Assembly: GCA_043797665.1 (NCBI GenBank)
Contig: JAZDPL010000046.1
Span: forward strand, 1 to 50,194
Direction: 5' to 3'
Length of the DNA stretch: 50,194 nucleotides
DNA from: Candidatus Omnitrophota bacterium
Lineage (GTDB): Bacteria; Ratteibacteria; UBA8468; MWAK01
Shown here: piece by piece, positions 9,781-22,610 of the stretch
Layout of the letters: every line of letters starts with the position of its first letter
How positions within the stretch are numbered: the stretch's first letter is position 1
The notes under the pieces: model-generated
What the model was told of the DNA's origin: nothing
Database searches by the model: none
What the model saw: only the letters and a program-made list of their open reading frames with translations
Made by a program: the position numbers and the translations under genes

Positions 9781-10726
9781 AATTTTTTACCGCGTCAAAC
9801 ATCGCCTGCACCGGTGCGGTCTTGCCGGTCCAGAGTTCAAAGGAAATGGCACCCTGGTGAATGAGCATGCCCAGACCGCTGACCGTTTTAAGACCCCGGT
9901 TTTCTGCTGACTGAAGTAATCGTGTTTTGTGGTGGTAGATCAAGTCATAAACGATCAGATCTTCAGTCAAGTCATTTTCAGAAAAAAGCGAGTCTTCTTT
10001 TCTTTCTAACCCCACGGAAGTGGCATTGATCAAAATATCAATTTTTGTGCTCTTTAAAAATTTACTTCTGGCCGAAAATTCAACACCGCAAGTCTTTTCT
10101 TCTGGATAAAAATGTTTTAAGTCCGCAATCAACCGGGTCAGTTTTATTTTTTCTTCGGGGCGGTTCGTTAAGTAAAGATGCGCCTTTGCTTCTATCAAAC
10201 TGAAGGCAACAGCCCGGCCTGCTCCGCCGGTACCGACCAAGAAAACTTTTTTCCCTTTCACATCCACACCAATTTCTTCTTTCAAAGAACGGAGAAAAGC
10301 CTTACCGTCGGTACTTTCTCCTCTCAATCTTCCATTTTGTTCGACAACGATGGTGTTAACCGAACCCATCTTGCGGCTGAGTGGTGAAATTTCGTCTAAA
10401 AAGGGAATGACCGCTTCTTTATGGGGAATGGTAAGGTTAGCACCCAGAAAATTCAGGGTTCGTATCGCTCTCACCGCCTCTTTCAATTGTTGGGCTGGTA
10501 CCTCGTAACAGAGGTAGACGGCATCAATCCCTGCGGCTTGGAAAGCCGCGTTTTGAAAGACCGGCGAAAGACTGTGGCGTACCGGATAACCAAAGAGCGC
10601 CACGGTCCTCGTACGGCTTGAAATTCCCAAAGTAGCCCTACCTTGATGGTAGGGGACCCGTGCAACCTTCAGGTTGCGTTGACGCAGGCTAAAGCCTGCG
10701 ACTACCCTGTCATTTTGCATTTTCAT
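9770..10726 (-). CDS. aroE: shikimate dehydrogenase; the N-terminal ~25 aa derive from a REP insertion
   Basis: GYPVRHSLSP, GANLTIPHK, GSVNT, GTGGAGRA, INATSVG, GLGMLIHQG; alternative start TTG at 10630. Confidence 0.93.
   Translation of the reverse strand: MKMQNDRVVAGFSLRQRNLKVARVPYHQGRATLGISSRTRTVALFGYPVRHSLSPVFQNAAFQAAGIDAVYLCYEVPAQQLKEAVRAIRTLNFLGANLTIPHKEAVIPFLDEISPLSRKMGSVNTIVVEQNGRLRGESTDGKAFLRSLKEEIGVDVKGKKVFLVGTGGAGRAVAFSLIEAKAHLYLTNRPEEKIKLTRLIADLKHFYPEEKTCGVEFSARSKFLKSTKIDILINATSVGLERKEDSLFSENDLTEDLIVYDLIYHHKTRLLQSAENRGLKTVSGLGMLIHQGAISFELWTGKTAPVQAMFDAVKNYER
10632..10705. repeat. second GTAG-type REP doublet (GCAACC..GGTTGC / GCAGGC..GCCTGC) with a nested hairpin
   Basis: gtagc[cctaccttgatggtaggggacccgt]gcaaccttcaggttgcgttgacgcaggctaaagcctgcgactac. 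Confidence 0.75.
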
Positions 10727-11739
10727 TTCAGACCTGATTCTTCGGGAAAGCCGGCCATCAGGTTCAGGTTCTGAATCGCCTGACCGGCTGCTCCTTTAAC
10801 CAGGTTATCAAGCGCGGTGATAACCAGAAGGGTCTTCTCTCCTGACAGGTGCCAGCCCAAATCACAGAAATTGGTGAAGGCAGCACTTTTAATCTCGGGA
10901 AACGTACCCTCACGAAGAATCCGGACAAAGGGACAGGACCGGTAACTCTTCCGATACAGACCGGCAACTAACTCAGGGGAAATCTTTTTCTTCATCCGCA
11001 AAAAGATTACGCTCAATATCCCTCTTTCAAACCCGGCAACCTGGGGGACAAAATTCAGGCGGAGCGCTTTTCCGGTAACTCTTTTAATAATCGCTTCAAC
11101 CTCACCGGTATGGGGATGGACTCCGATTTTGTAAGGTCTGATATTCTCTGCTACGGAATAAGCCATACTGTTGGGTGAAGGTGTTCTTCCGGCCCCGGAA
11201 AACCCGGAAACGGCACTTGCGTCAACCTCAGGTTCAAGCAAACCTTCTTTTGCCAGAGGGAAGGTTGCCAGAATAATCCCGGTTGGGTAACAACCGGGGT
11301 TGGCAACCAGCTTTGCTCTTTTAATCTCATTCCCAAAGAGTTCCGGCAGACCGTAGACCGCCTCCTTTAAGAATTTTGGGGCTAAGTGCGGAGTATGGTA
11401 CCAGAACTCAAACTCTTTTGCGGAAGAAAACCGAAAATCCCCGGAAAGGTCAATAATCCTTACTTTATTGAAAAGGTCCTTTACCAGGGAAAACGAGTTT
11501 GGCTGGGGTTTGGCTAAAAAGATAAATTCGCAGGCGGCAGTCCTTTCCTTGCGGTAGTTTTCAAAGGTAAGGGATATACTGCCTTTTAAATTCGGGTATT
11601 CGTCGCTCACTTTCTTCTTCGCAAAACTCTCTGAGGTCACCAGAGTAATCTCCACGCCCGGGTGGTTCACCAGCAACCTTAATAGTTCTCCGCCGGTATA
11701 ACCGGCCCCGCCGATGATTCCCACTTTTACCTTTTTCAT
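10723..11739 (-). CDS. argC: N-acetyl-gamma-glutamyl-phosphate reductase
   Basis: GGAGYTGGELLRLL..HP, IIDLSGDFR, YGLPE, ANPGCYPT, DNLVKGAAGQAIQN. Confidence 0.95.
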   Translation of the reverse strand: MKKVKVGIIGGAGYTGGELLRLLVNHPGVEITLVTSESFAKKKVSDEYPNLKGSISLTFENYRKERTAACEFIFLAKPQPNSFSLVKDLFNKVRIIDLSGDFRFSSAKEFEFWYHTPHLAPKFLKEAVYGLPELFGNEIKRAKLVANPGCYPTGIILATFPLAKEGLLEPEVDASAVSGFSGAGRTPSPNSMAYSVAENIRPYKIGVHPHTGEVEAIIKRVTGKALRLNFVPQVAGFERGILSVIFLRMKKKISPELVAGLYRKSYRSCPFVRILREGTFPEIKSAAFTNFCDLGWHLSGEKTLLVITALDNLVKGAAGQAIQNLNLMAGFPEESGLK

Positions 11740-12401
11740 TGGCCGTAGCCTCCTCCGTGATATCTGCCATACCATTTTCTAATCTCTTTCTCGATTAACG
11801 GAGTAACTTTTTTACCCGCCGCCTTACCCAGAAGAAGCGCAAAGAGATTAATCCGGGCAAAGTATTCGGTAAGTTTGGCCGCCAGGACCGCTTTTTCCGG
11901 AGTTCCGGCAAACGCAAAGAGTCCGTGTTGACCCAGGACTATTGCCGGACAGCCGGGACGATAGGTTTTAATAATCTCCTTGCCGATATGGTCTTCTTTA
12001 TTGTCAACGTATGAAGTAACCGGTATTTCACCGCCAAAGACATCTGCCTGGCCGGTAGTCAGACAGGTGATTGGCAGTCCGGCCGCGGCAAAGGCCGTGG
12101 TAAAAGGTGAATGGGTATGAACCACTCCGCCGATACCCGGCATATTCTGATAAAGATAAACGTGGTGCGGCCAGTCAACCGACGGCTTTTTATTACCCGC
12201 CTTCTTTTCGCCGGCCAGATTAAGGATTACCAGGTCGCTCAGGTTTAATTCGGAATACGGAAGACCGCTGGGTTTAATAACCACCAGACCTTTTTTGCGG
12301 TCAAATCCGCTGACGTTCCCCTGGGTACTGACTATCAGACCCCATTCCGGCAGAAGGAGATTAGCCTTCAGAACTTCCTTTTTCAATTCCGCAAAGTTCA
12401 T
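11736..12401 (-). CDS. araD: L-ribulose-5-phosphate 4-epimerase (class II aldolase family)
   Basis: GNVSG, IKPSG, PSVD..HH, VVHTHS, QHG; in a cluster with araB and arabinofuranosidases. Confidence 0.85.
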   Translation of the reverse strand: MNFAELKKEVLKANLLLPEWGLIVSTQGNVSGFDRKKGLVVIKPSGLPYSELNLSDLVILNLAGEKKAGNKKPSVDWPHHVYLYQNMPGIGGVVHTHSPFTTAFAAAGLPITCLTTGQADVFGGEIPVTSYVDNKEDHIGKEIIKTYRPGCPAIVLGQHGLFAFAGTPEKAVLAAKLTEYFARINLFALLLGKAAGKKVTPLIEKEIRKWYGRYHGGGYGQ

Positions 12402-12423
12402 TTTTTATTTGCAAATAAGGGGT

Positions 12424-14325
12424 TTAGCAACCCCTAAGCCAGACACGCATCTGACCCGGTTTCCGATTATCCCAGACACCGTAAGGAACCGCGGTTATAG
12501 AGACAGGTTTCATCCGTGGTCTTTCTGTCCGGTAAAGGGTACCTTTCCAGTCTCTGGCATCACTGACCAATGCCTTACTTTTCACAACCACCACTCCGCC
12601 TAAAAGGTTTTTATTAAACTGTGCTTTTAATACGGCATTCTCCGGAAGGAATACACGGTTTAACGGTACCGGGTTGTCAGCCTCTTCTAAACAATAGACA
12701 ACGGGACCCCGCTGTAACGCCACTTTCCCTGTATTCTGACGTACGTCAGGATGACTGAAGATTCTTTCTACCGGCATCGCAAATTCAATCTGTACCCTAT
12801 CCTCATTCTGCCATTGGCGCTTTATCGTCAAGTAACCTTGTTTAATTCTGCCGTCCAAGGAAAATGGTTTGTTGTTGACCCTAACCTTGGTCTTTCGACA
12901 CCATCCGGGTAAGCGCAATTTTAACCCAAAGTTCACCGGGGATTCTAACTTCAGTGAGATAGAGACCTTGCCGTCCCGGGGATAGTCGGTCTTCTGGTTT
13001 AAAACCACCGTCTTATTATTAAAATTAAAGCGGCTGGTGCTCCGGATATAGAGATGGACGACCGCTTCTGTCTGATTCTGGCCGTAGATATATTGTCCTA
13101 AAGAAGCCAACAGACGGGCTATGTTGGGTGGACAACAGGCACAACCAAACCATTCCTGACGATGGTGATTACCTGAGCTGGCTAATGGATTGACGTAAAA
13201 GAATTTTTTTCCATCCAACGAAACACCGCTCATAACTCCATTATAGAGCGCACGTTCCATCACGTCGGCGTAACGATTATCGCTTTCCATCTGAAGCATC
13301 CGGTGATTCCAGAAGACCAATCCAATTGACGCACAAGTTTCTGCGTAGGCTTCTTTGTTGGGCAGGTCATAATCAACGGTGAATTTTTCACCCTCACTGC
13401 TGGAACCAATCCCTCCGGTCAGATACATCTTCCTGGTACAGGCACTTTCCCAGAGACGCTTACAGGCAAAAAAGAGTTCCTTGTCTCCGGTCTCCATCGC
13501 TAAATCAGCCATTGCGCTGTAAAGGTACATCGCCCGAACCGAATGACCCACCGCTTCTTTCTGTTCCCTGACCGGCAAATGTGCTTGAAAGATGGCATAC
13601 TGGTCGTCAGCCCACCCTGCCCACAGTTTTTTAGTGTCTTCACCCCGCGCAATGGCTTCTTGTCCAAAATAGTATGGTTTTTGTCCGCGCTGGTCAATAA
13701 AATATTGGCTTAAATTCAGATAACGTTTTTCACCGGTGACACGGTACAGTTTTATCAGGGCAAGTTCAATTTCTTCGTGACCGCAATACCCCGGTTTCTT
13801 GCCTGGTTCTGTCCCGAAAACCTGAGCAATATAGTCCGCAAACCGGCAGACAACATCCAAAAGTTTCCGGCTACCGGTCGCCTGAAAGTGCGCTACCCCG
13901 GCTTCAAAGAGGTGCCCGGCGGTATAGAGTTCATGATAATCACGTAAGTTTGTCCAGCGTTTATCAGGTTCAACCACGGTAAAATAGACGTTTACGTATC
14001 CATCCGGCTGCTGGACCTTTGCAATCAGGTCAATGACCCCATTCACCAGAGTTTCTAATTTCGGGTCAGGGTTAGTTGCCAGACTGTAACTGGACGCTTC
14101 GACCCACTTATAGACATCTGAATCCCAGAAACGATGAGGTACAGGTTCTATTCCTGGTTTCCAGTCACATCGGAAAGCATCAATCCGGCCGGTTTTTTTA
14201 CATTGTTCGTATTCGTACGGCAAGGTCTCTTCCCGGTTTACTCTGATACGCGGCGTCCAGAAAGAATCATCAATTACGACATCGGTAAACTTTACGGGAG
14301 TAAACCTTTTCATTGATTTCGGCAT
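12424..14325 (-). CDS. GH127 beta-L-arabinofuranosidase (HypBA1-like)
   Basis: FWDSDVYKW, HELYTAGH, GHEEIELAL, GHSVRAMY, YAETCASIG, CACCPPN, WDNR. Confidence 0.93.
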   Translation of the reverse strand: MPKSMKRFTPVKFTDVVIDDSFWTPRIRVNREETLPYEYEQCKKTGRIDAFRCDWKPGIEPVPHRFWDSDVYKWVEASSYSLATNPDPKLETLVNGVIDLIAKVQQPDGYVNVYFTVVEPDKRWTNLRDYHELYTAGHLFEAGVAHFQATGSRKLLDVVCRFADYIAQVFGTEPGKKPGYCGHEEIELALIKLYRVTGEKRYLNLSQYFIDQRGQKPYYFGQEAIARGEDTKKLWAGWADDQYAIFQAHLPVREQKEAVGHSVRAMYLYSAMADLAMETGDKELFFACKRLWESACTRKMYLTGGIGSSSEGEKFTVDYDLPNKEAYAETCASIGLVFWNHRMLQMESDNRYADVMERALYNGVMSGVSLDGKKFFYVNPLASSGNHHRQEWFGCACCPPNIARLLASLGQYIYGQNQTEAVVHLYIRSTSRFNFNNKTVVLNQKTDYPRDGKVSISLKLESPVNFGLKLRLPGWCRKTKVRVNNKPFSLDGRIKQGYLTIKRQWQNEDRVQIEFAMPVERIFSHPDVRQNTGKVALQRGPVVYCLEEADNPVPLNRVFLPENAVLKAQFNKNLLGGVVVVKSKALVSDARDWKGTLYRTERPRMKPVSITAVPYGVWDNRKPGQMRVWLRGC

Positions 14326-14341
14326 ATGTTCCTCCTCTATG

Positions 14342-17603
<3,262 letters not shown>

Positions 17604-17614
17604 ATTAAGTGTTC

Positions 17615-17694
17615 TGTCATTCCCGCATGCTTTAAGCGGGAATCCATTATCTCATCAAAATGTGGATTCCTGCTAAAAATCCGCAGGAATGACA
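17615..17694. repeat. empty TGTCATTCCCGC...GCAGGAATGACA REP doublet (80 bp)
   Basis: same two arms as the element around the GIY-YIG gene, separated by only 16 bp. Confidence 0.88.
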
Positions 17695-17699
17695 GAGTA

Positions 17700-18815
17700 T
17701 TAAAAGATTGCTTTCTTAACCACATCTAACGTGGCGCACGCATCACCGGTAGACTGCGCGGAAATAAGTTTGCGGCGGTCCCGCCAGATTAAAAGCGCCT
17801 TCTTCATCGCATTGGCAAAAAACTCCCGGGAAAGGACCATCGCCTTTACCGGTTCCAGGCGATAGGTAAACTGGTCTTCGCCAAACCAGCCCTGGTATCC
17901 GGTATCCAACGCGGCATAACAAAAATCCACCAGTTCCCAGATGTTGGAAGTGCCGGCCACGCGGTCCTCATCGTTGGAACGCCACTTGGCGGAATTGACG
18001 TGGAAGTTCACCACCGGTACGCCAAACTTTTTCGCTAAATAGAGACTGAAAGCCGGCTCAATTCCGTTCATCATTTCGTGGCCATAATCAACCGCCACAC
18101 CCATATTGGCTCCCCCGCAGGATTCATTTACCCTTTTGGCGAACAGGATGGCACAATGGGTGGTGGGAACAATCATATGTCCTTCCCGGGGCTCCTTCAT
18201 CTTCGCCTCAATTCCGAAACAAAGGCCCAGCCTCTTTGCTTTTTTGTTAATCTCAATGCATCCTTCAATAAAACGGTCCAGAAGCACTCCGTAGTTCGCT
18301 TCAAAGTTATAGTCCCAGCCGTCAGAACCCGGCCAGAGCGCTACGGAAGAACAGCCCATGTCCCTGGCAATCTCTGCCGACTGAAGCGCGATCGCTACCG
18401 CTTCTTTCCTAATTCCTTTGTCCGGATTGGTCAAACCGCCCAGCTTCCAGTGGGGGTCGGTCCAGAGGTTGGTATTCATATTGGTTGGCGTGAGACGCAG
18501 AGACTTAATAACGTCTTTTACCTCGCGGATTTTGGCGCTGTCCCTCCGGCGGTTTTTGTCGATGAAAAGGGATTCGTGGAACTCTACACCCTCAATTTCA
18601 GCCGCAGCAACCCTTTTCAACTGGCTCACGATATCGGACTTCATCTTGGGGTTATAACCGGTGGTGGCAAACCGGTCCAGAAAATCTCCCGCACACCAGT
18701 GTCCGGCGGCAAACCTGATGCCAAACTCCGCAAAGAACTGGTTGACATTATCTCCTTCCAAATAACCGCCGAACTCCTTATCCAGCCTTCCCAATCCCTT
18801 CTCTGTAATCTTCAT
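17700..18815 (-). CDS. xylose-isomerase-like TIM-barrel sugar isomerase
   Basis: WPGSDG, EAKMKEPRE, DYGHE, NDED motifs correspond to the xylose/rhamnose isomerase metal-binding motifs. Confidence 0.8.
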   Translation of the reverse strand: MKITEKGLGRLDKEFGGYLEGDNVNQFFAEFGIRFAAGHWCAGDFLDRFATTGYNPKMKSDIVSQLKRVAAAEIEGVEFHESLFIDKNRRRDSAKIREVKDVIKSLRLTPTNMNTNLWTDPHWKLGGLTNPDKGIRKEAVAIALQSAEIARDMGCSSVALWPGSDGWDYNFEANYGVLLDRFIEGCIEINKKAKRLGLCFGIEAKMKEPREGHMIVPTTHCAILFAKRVNESCGGANMGVAVDYGHEMMNGIEPAFSLYLAKKFGVPVVNFHVNSAKWRSNDEDRVAGTSNIWELVDFCYAALDTGYQGWFGEDQFTYRLEPVKAMVLSREFFANAMKKALLIWRDRRKLISAQSTGDACATLDVVKKAIF

Positions 18816-18852
18816 ATTATCTCCCGTGTAGCAAATATTATCAGTGAAGTAC

Positions 18853-19224
18853 TGTCATTCCCGCGTGTAGTAAGCGGGAATCCATTTAGACAATTAAATT
18901 ATCATACAAATCTTTCCAGCCCGGGTTAAATTCTTCAATCAAATCTATTTTCCATTGTCTTTTCCACTTTTTAATTTGTTTCTCGCGTGTAATAGCGCTT
19001 TTTACATCGTCAGTTTCTTCGTAATAAACAAGTTGGTGGACATGATATTTTTTGGTAAATCCATCAACGACGTCGTTTTTGTGTTCATATACTCTTTTTA
19101 ATAAATTGTTTGTTATACCAAGGTACAAAGTACCATTTTTCTTGCTTGCTAAAATATACACATAATATTCGCCCATCACACAAATTTCATTCTGGATTCC
19201 TGCTTACTATCCGCAGGAATGACA
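18853..19224. mobile_element. REP-bounded element carrying a GIY-YIG nuclease gene
   Basis: left arm tgtcattcccgcgtgtagtaagcgggaatcc, right arm tggattcctgcttactatccgcaggaatgaca; AT-rich interior. Confidence 0.7.
18886..19176 (-). CDS. small GIY-YIG nuclease family protein
   Basis: YYVYILAS..GTLYLGITNNL..RVYEH..FTKKY..LVYYE..AITREKQIKKWKRQWK..LIE..NPGW.DL. Confidence 0.93.
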   Translation of the reverse strand: MGEYYVYILASKKNGTLYLGITNNLLKRVYEHKNDVVDGFTKKYHVHQLVYYEETDDVKSAITREKQIKKWKRQWKIDLIEEFNPGWKDLYDNLIV

Positions 19225-19247
19225 TAGCCCTTTCATAGATAACAACG

Positions 19248-20030
19248 TCAGCGCATTTCTTGACCGCCGGTAACGTTGATTGCCTGACCGGTCATATAAG
19301 ACGACCTTTCACCGGCTAAAAAGATGACCACGTTGGTAACATCCTTATAGGTACAGGCTCGGCCCAACGGCACCTGTTCAAGATACTTTTTGCGGACATC
19401 TTCCTTTGTTATACCCCATTTTTTGGCGTACTGCTCAAAGAGGCTGTCCTGCCACAGCGGCGAGTCCAGAAGGTTGCCCGGACAGACCGCATTTACCCTT
19501 ACGCCGTATGGTGCCAAATCAAGGGCGATACTCTGGGTCAGTCCGATGCCGCCGAACTTACTGGCTGCGTAGGCACAATTCTTATAACTGCCTATTTTGC
19601 CGCTTTTGGAATTAATCTCAATAATGGTTCCGGACCTCTGCTCCTTCATTATCCGGGCAGCGGCCCGGGCACAGATAAAGTAGCCGGTAAGATTGACTTC
19701 AATGATTCTCTTCCAGTCTGTTAACGGGAATTCGGTAATTTCATAAGCCTTAACGATTCCCGCGTTGGCAACCATAACATCTAACCTTCCGAACTTTGCT
19801 TTGGGCTTCAGAATGGCTTGAGCAACCTCTTCCTCGCTGGTAACGTCAACCTTTTCGCCAAAGACCTTTCCCGGGAATTCCGCGGACATCTTTTCCGCAG
19901 TCTGGCATACCTTTTCACTGATATCCCAGAGAAAAACCGACGCCCCTTCTTTAGCCAGCGCTTTTGCCAGAGCCTCACCCAGACCCTGGGCGGAACCGGT
20001 TACCACCGCGACCTTATCCTTTAATTCCAT
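19248..20030 (-). CDS. srlD: SDR oxidoreductase, sorbitol-6-phosphate 2-dehydrogenase-like
   Basis: TGSAQGLG, NSKSGK.GS..N.AYAASKFGGIGLTQS, PGNLLDSPLW, YMTGQAINVTGGQ.M. Confidence 0.75.
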   Translation of the reverse strand: MELKDKVAVVTGSAQGLGEALAKALAKEGASVFLWDISEKVCQTAEKMSAEFPGKVFGEKVDVTSEEEVAQAILKPKAKFGRLDVMVANAGIVKAYEITEFPLTDWKRIIEVNLTGYFICARAAARIMKEQRSGTIIEINSKSGKIGSYKNCAYAASKFGGIGLTQSIALDLAPYGVRVNAVCPGNLLDSPLWQDSLFEQYAKKWGITKEDVRKKYLEQVPLGRACTYKDVTNVVIFLAGERSSYMTGQAINVTGGQEMR

Positions 20031-20041
20031 ACGATTCTCTT

Positions 20042-20091
20042 GTAGGGGCTTGATTTATCAAGCCCGCGGGTCGGATGAATCCGACCCCTAC
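20042..20091. repeat. GTAG-type REP doublet; supplies the clpB TAG stop
   Basis: 50-bp copy of the 3-52 element. Confidence 0.9.
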
Positions 20092-22259
20092 GTCAAAATA
20101 TTTAATGCGTTATGTATTAGTATCCTCTGGCCGTCGGAATCAATGGCTATTTTTTCGCCTTTCTTGATTTCTCCGGCAATCACACGTTTTGCCAATACGT
20201 TTTCGACCTCACGCTGGATGAGCCGTTTTAAAGGTCGGGCGCCAAAGACCGGGTCGTACCCTTTTTTTGACAGATACTCTTCCGCCTTCGGAGTAATTTT
20301 TATGGTAATTTCTTTAGCTGCCAGACGCTCTTTTAAGTATGCGGCCTGGATCTTTACGATACCCTTAATCTCTTCCCTACCCAACGGATGGAAGATAATA
20401 ACCTCGTCAATCCGGTTTAAGAATTCCGGCCGGAAGGTACGCCGCAACTTCTCTAACACTAAACTTCCGGACTTCTCCTCCACACCCCCGACTTCCTGAA
20501 TGTATTCGCCGCCGATATTACTGGTCATAATCAGGATGCTGTTGCGGAAATCAACCACTCTCCCCTGCCCGTCGGTCAGACGGCCCGCATCCAGAACCTG
20601 CAGAAGGACGTTGAAAACGTCCTGATGGGCTTTCTCAATCTCGTCCAGGAGAATCACCGAATAGGGCCGGCGCCGGATAACCTCGGTCAGCTGTCCACCT
20701 TCTTCATAACCCACGTATCCCGGAGGCGCCCCGATCAGACGGCTGACGGTATGGCGTTCCATATACTCGGACATATCCATCCGGACCAGCGCCTTCTCAT
20801 CGTCAAAAAGAAATTGCGCCAAACTCCGCGCCAATTCCGTTTTACCGACACCGGTAGGTCCCAAAAAGATAAACGACCCCAGGGGCCGGTTGGCATCCGA
20901 AAGTCCGGAACGGCTCCGCCGAATCGCATCGGAAACTGCCGCCACCGCTTCGTTCTGGTCCACCAACCTCTGATGAATCCGCTCTTCCATCCGGAGCAAC
21001 TTTTCCGTTTCGGTCTCCATCATCCGGGTAAGCGGAATTCCGGTCCAGCGGGAAACGATTTCCGCAATTTCTTCTTCGTCTACCTCCATCTTCAAAAGTC
21101 TTTTGTCTTTCTGAACCTCCGCCAGGCGCTGGTTGGCGTTTTCCAGTTTTTTTATTAACTCCGGAATCCGGCCGTGTTTCAATTCCGCAGCCTTTTCTAA
21201 ATTGCCCTCCCGTTCCACCTTCTCGTACTCAAAATTTCCTTTTTCGGTTTCGGCACGTAGATTACGAATCTCCTGGATAATCGCCTTCTCTTTTTGAAGT
21301 TGTTCCGAGAATTTCTGCCTTTCCGTCCGCAGACTTCCCAGTTCCTCCTGCAGTTGCTTCAGACGTTCCTTAGAACCGCCTTCAGCCTCTTTTTTTAAAG
21401 CCTGTTCTTCTACTTCCAGACGCCGGATTTTTCGTTCCACTTCATCCAGGGAAGCCGGCATACTGTCAATCTCCATCCGGAGCCGGCTGGCGGCTTCATC
21501 AATCAAATCAATTGCCTTATCCGGCAAAAAACGGTCGGTAATGTAACGGTTGGAAAGAGTGGCGGCGGCAACCAGCGCCGAATCTTTAATCGTGACGCCG
21601 TGATGCACCTCATACTTCTCCCGTAGTCCCCGCAGGATAGAGATGGTGTCCGTTACCGATGGTTCCCGGACATAGACGGTCTGGAAACGACGCTCCAGCG
21701 CCCGGTCTTTCTCAATGTACTTCCGGTACTCATTGAGAGTGGTCGCACCAACCGCCCGTAACTCTCCCCGGGCTAAGGCGGGCTTAAGAAGGTTGGAGGC
21801 ATCAACCGCACCCTCGGCCGCACCCGCACCCACCAGAGTGTGCACTTCATCAATAAAAAGAATAATCCGGCCCTCTTCCTTTACAATCTCTTTCAGGAGG
21901 GACTTAACCCGTTCTTCAAACTGCCCGCGGAAAACGCTTCCCGCCACCAATGCTCCGATGTCCAGATTCAGAACCCTTCTATTCTTCAGCGAATCGGGAA
22001 CGTCGCCCGAGGCTACCCTCTGGGCTAGACCTTCTACAATGGCGGTCTTGCCTACTCCGGCTTCTCCGATTAAGACCGGATTATTTTTGGTGCGCCGGGA
22101 AAGGATCTGGATAACCCGGCGAATCTCTTCGTCCCGGCCAATCACCGGGTCCAACTTATTGGCGCGTGCTAAAACGGTTAAATCCCGGGTAAAACGTTCC
22201 AGGGGAGGTCTCTTGTCCGCCTCCGGCCCTTCGGCACCCGGGAATTGCTGTCCGTCCAT
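20088..22259 (-). CDS. clpB: ClpB disaggregase lacking the N-terminal Clp-repeat domain
   Basis: [21 protein letters not shown], long coiled-coil M domain, [15 protein letters not shown]; 723 aa, starting about 35 aa before NBD1. Confidence 0.93.
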   Translation of the reverse strand: MDGQQFPGAEGPEADKRPPLERFTRDLTVLARANKLDPVIGRDEEIRRVIQILSRRTKNNPVLIGEAGVGKTAIVEGLAQRVASGDVPDSLKNRRVLNLDIGALVAGSVFRGQFEERVKSLLKEIVKEEGRIILFIDEVHTLVGAGAAEGAVDASNLLKPALARGELRAVGATTLNEYRKYIEKDRALERRFQTVYVREPSVTDTISILRGLREKYEVHHGVTIKDSALVAAATLSNRYITDRFLPDKAIDLIDEAASRLRMEIDSMPASLDEVERKIRRLEVEEQALKKEAEGGSKERLKQLQEELGSLRTERQKFSEQLQKEKAIIQEIRNLRAETEKGNFEYEKVEREGNLEKAAELKHGRIPELIKKLENANQRLAEVQKDKRLLKMEVDEEEIAEIVSRWTGIPLTRMMETETEKLLRMEERIHQRLVDQNEAVAAVSDAIRRSRSGLSDANRPLGSFIFLGPTGVGKTELARSLAQFLFDDEKALVRMDMSEYMERHTVSRLIGAPPGYVGYEEGGQLTEVIRRRPYSVILLDEIEKAHQDVFNVLLQVLDAGRLTDGQGRVVDFRNSILIMTSNIGGEYIQEVGGVEEKSGSLVLEKLRRTFRPEFLNRIDEVIIFHPLGREEIKGIVKIQAAYLKERLAAKEITIKITPKAEEYLSKKGYDPVFGARPLKRLIQREVENVLAKRVIAGEIKKGEKIAIDSDGQRILIHNALNILT

Positions 22260-22591
22260 TAACTCAGTCCTCCTACCTTGCGGATTTCGCCTTTCTTAAG
22301 CGGTTTCTGGAGCCGAACCTTCCGGTCAAGTTCTTCTTCCGGCGTATCTTCCGAAATCACCTCACCGTACCGGATGGTAGAAACAGGTATCACCAGAGTT
22401 TTATTTTCATCGCCAATCGGACGTTCCACCGTATCCCCGCTACTTTCATCTATTATCTGCTGATAAATCCTCCCATCTACTTTCAATAATGTACTGGTTT
22501 CGTCTACAACCAATCCCCGGATAACAATCGTGGTGCCTTCGGTATCCCGGGTACGCCATAAAACCAACCGGACACGTTGTTCTTTTAACAT
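22259..22591 (-). CDS. hypothetical 110-aa beta-rich protein coupled to clpB
   Basis: SD-like AAGGGG upstream; TAATG overlap with the clpB start. Confidence 0.7.
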   Translation of the reverse strand: MLKEQRVRLVLWRTRDTEGTTIVIRGLVVDETSTLLKVDGRIYQQIIDESSGDTVERPIGDENKTLVIPVSTIRYGEVISEDTPEEELDRKVRLQKPLKKGEIRKVGGLS

Positions 22592-22610
22592 CGTTACCCC
22601 CTTGTCAATC

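Noticed and set aside
18078..18929. 283-aa plus-strand ORF and other long antisense ORFs (e.g. 21715-22299, 20625-21158)
   Set aside because: Shadow ORFs opposite well-supported genes, with no recognisable motifs.
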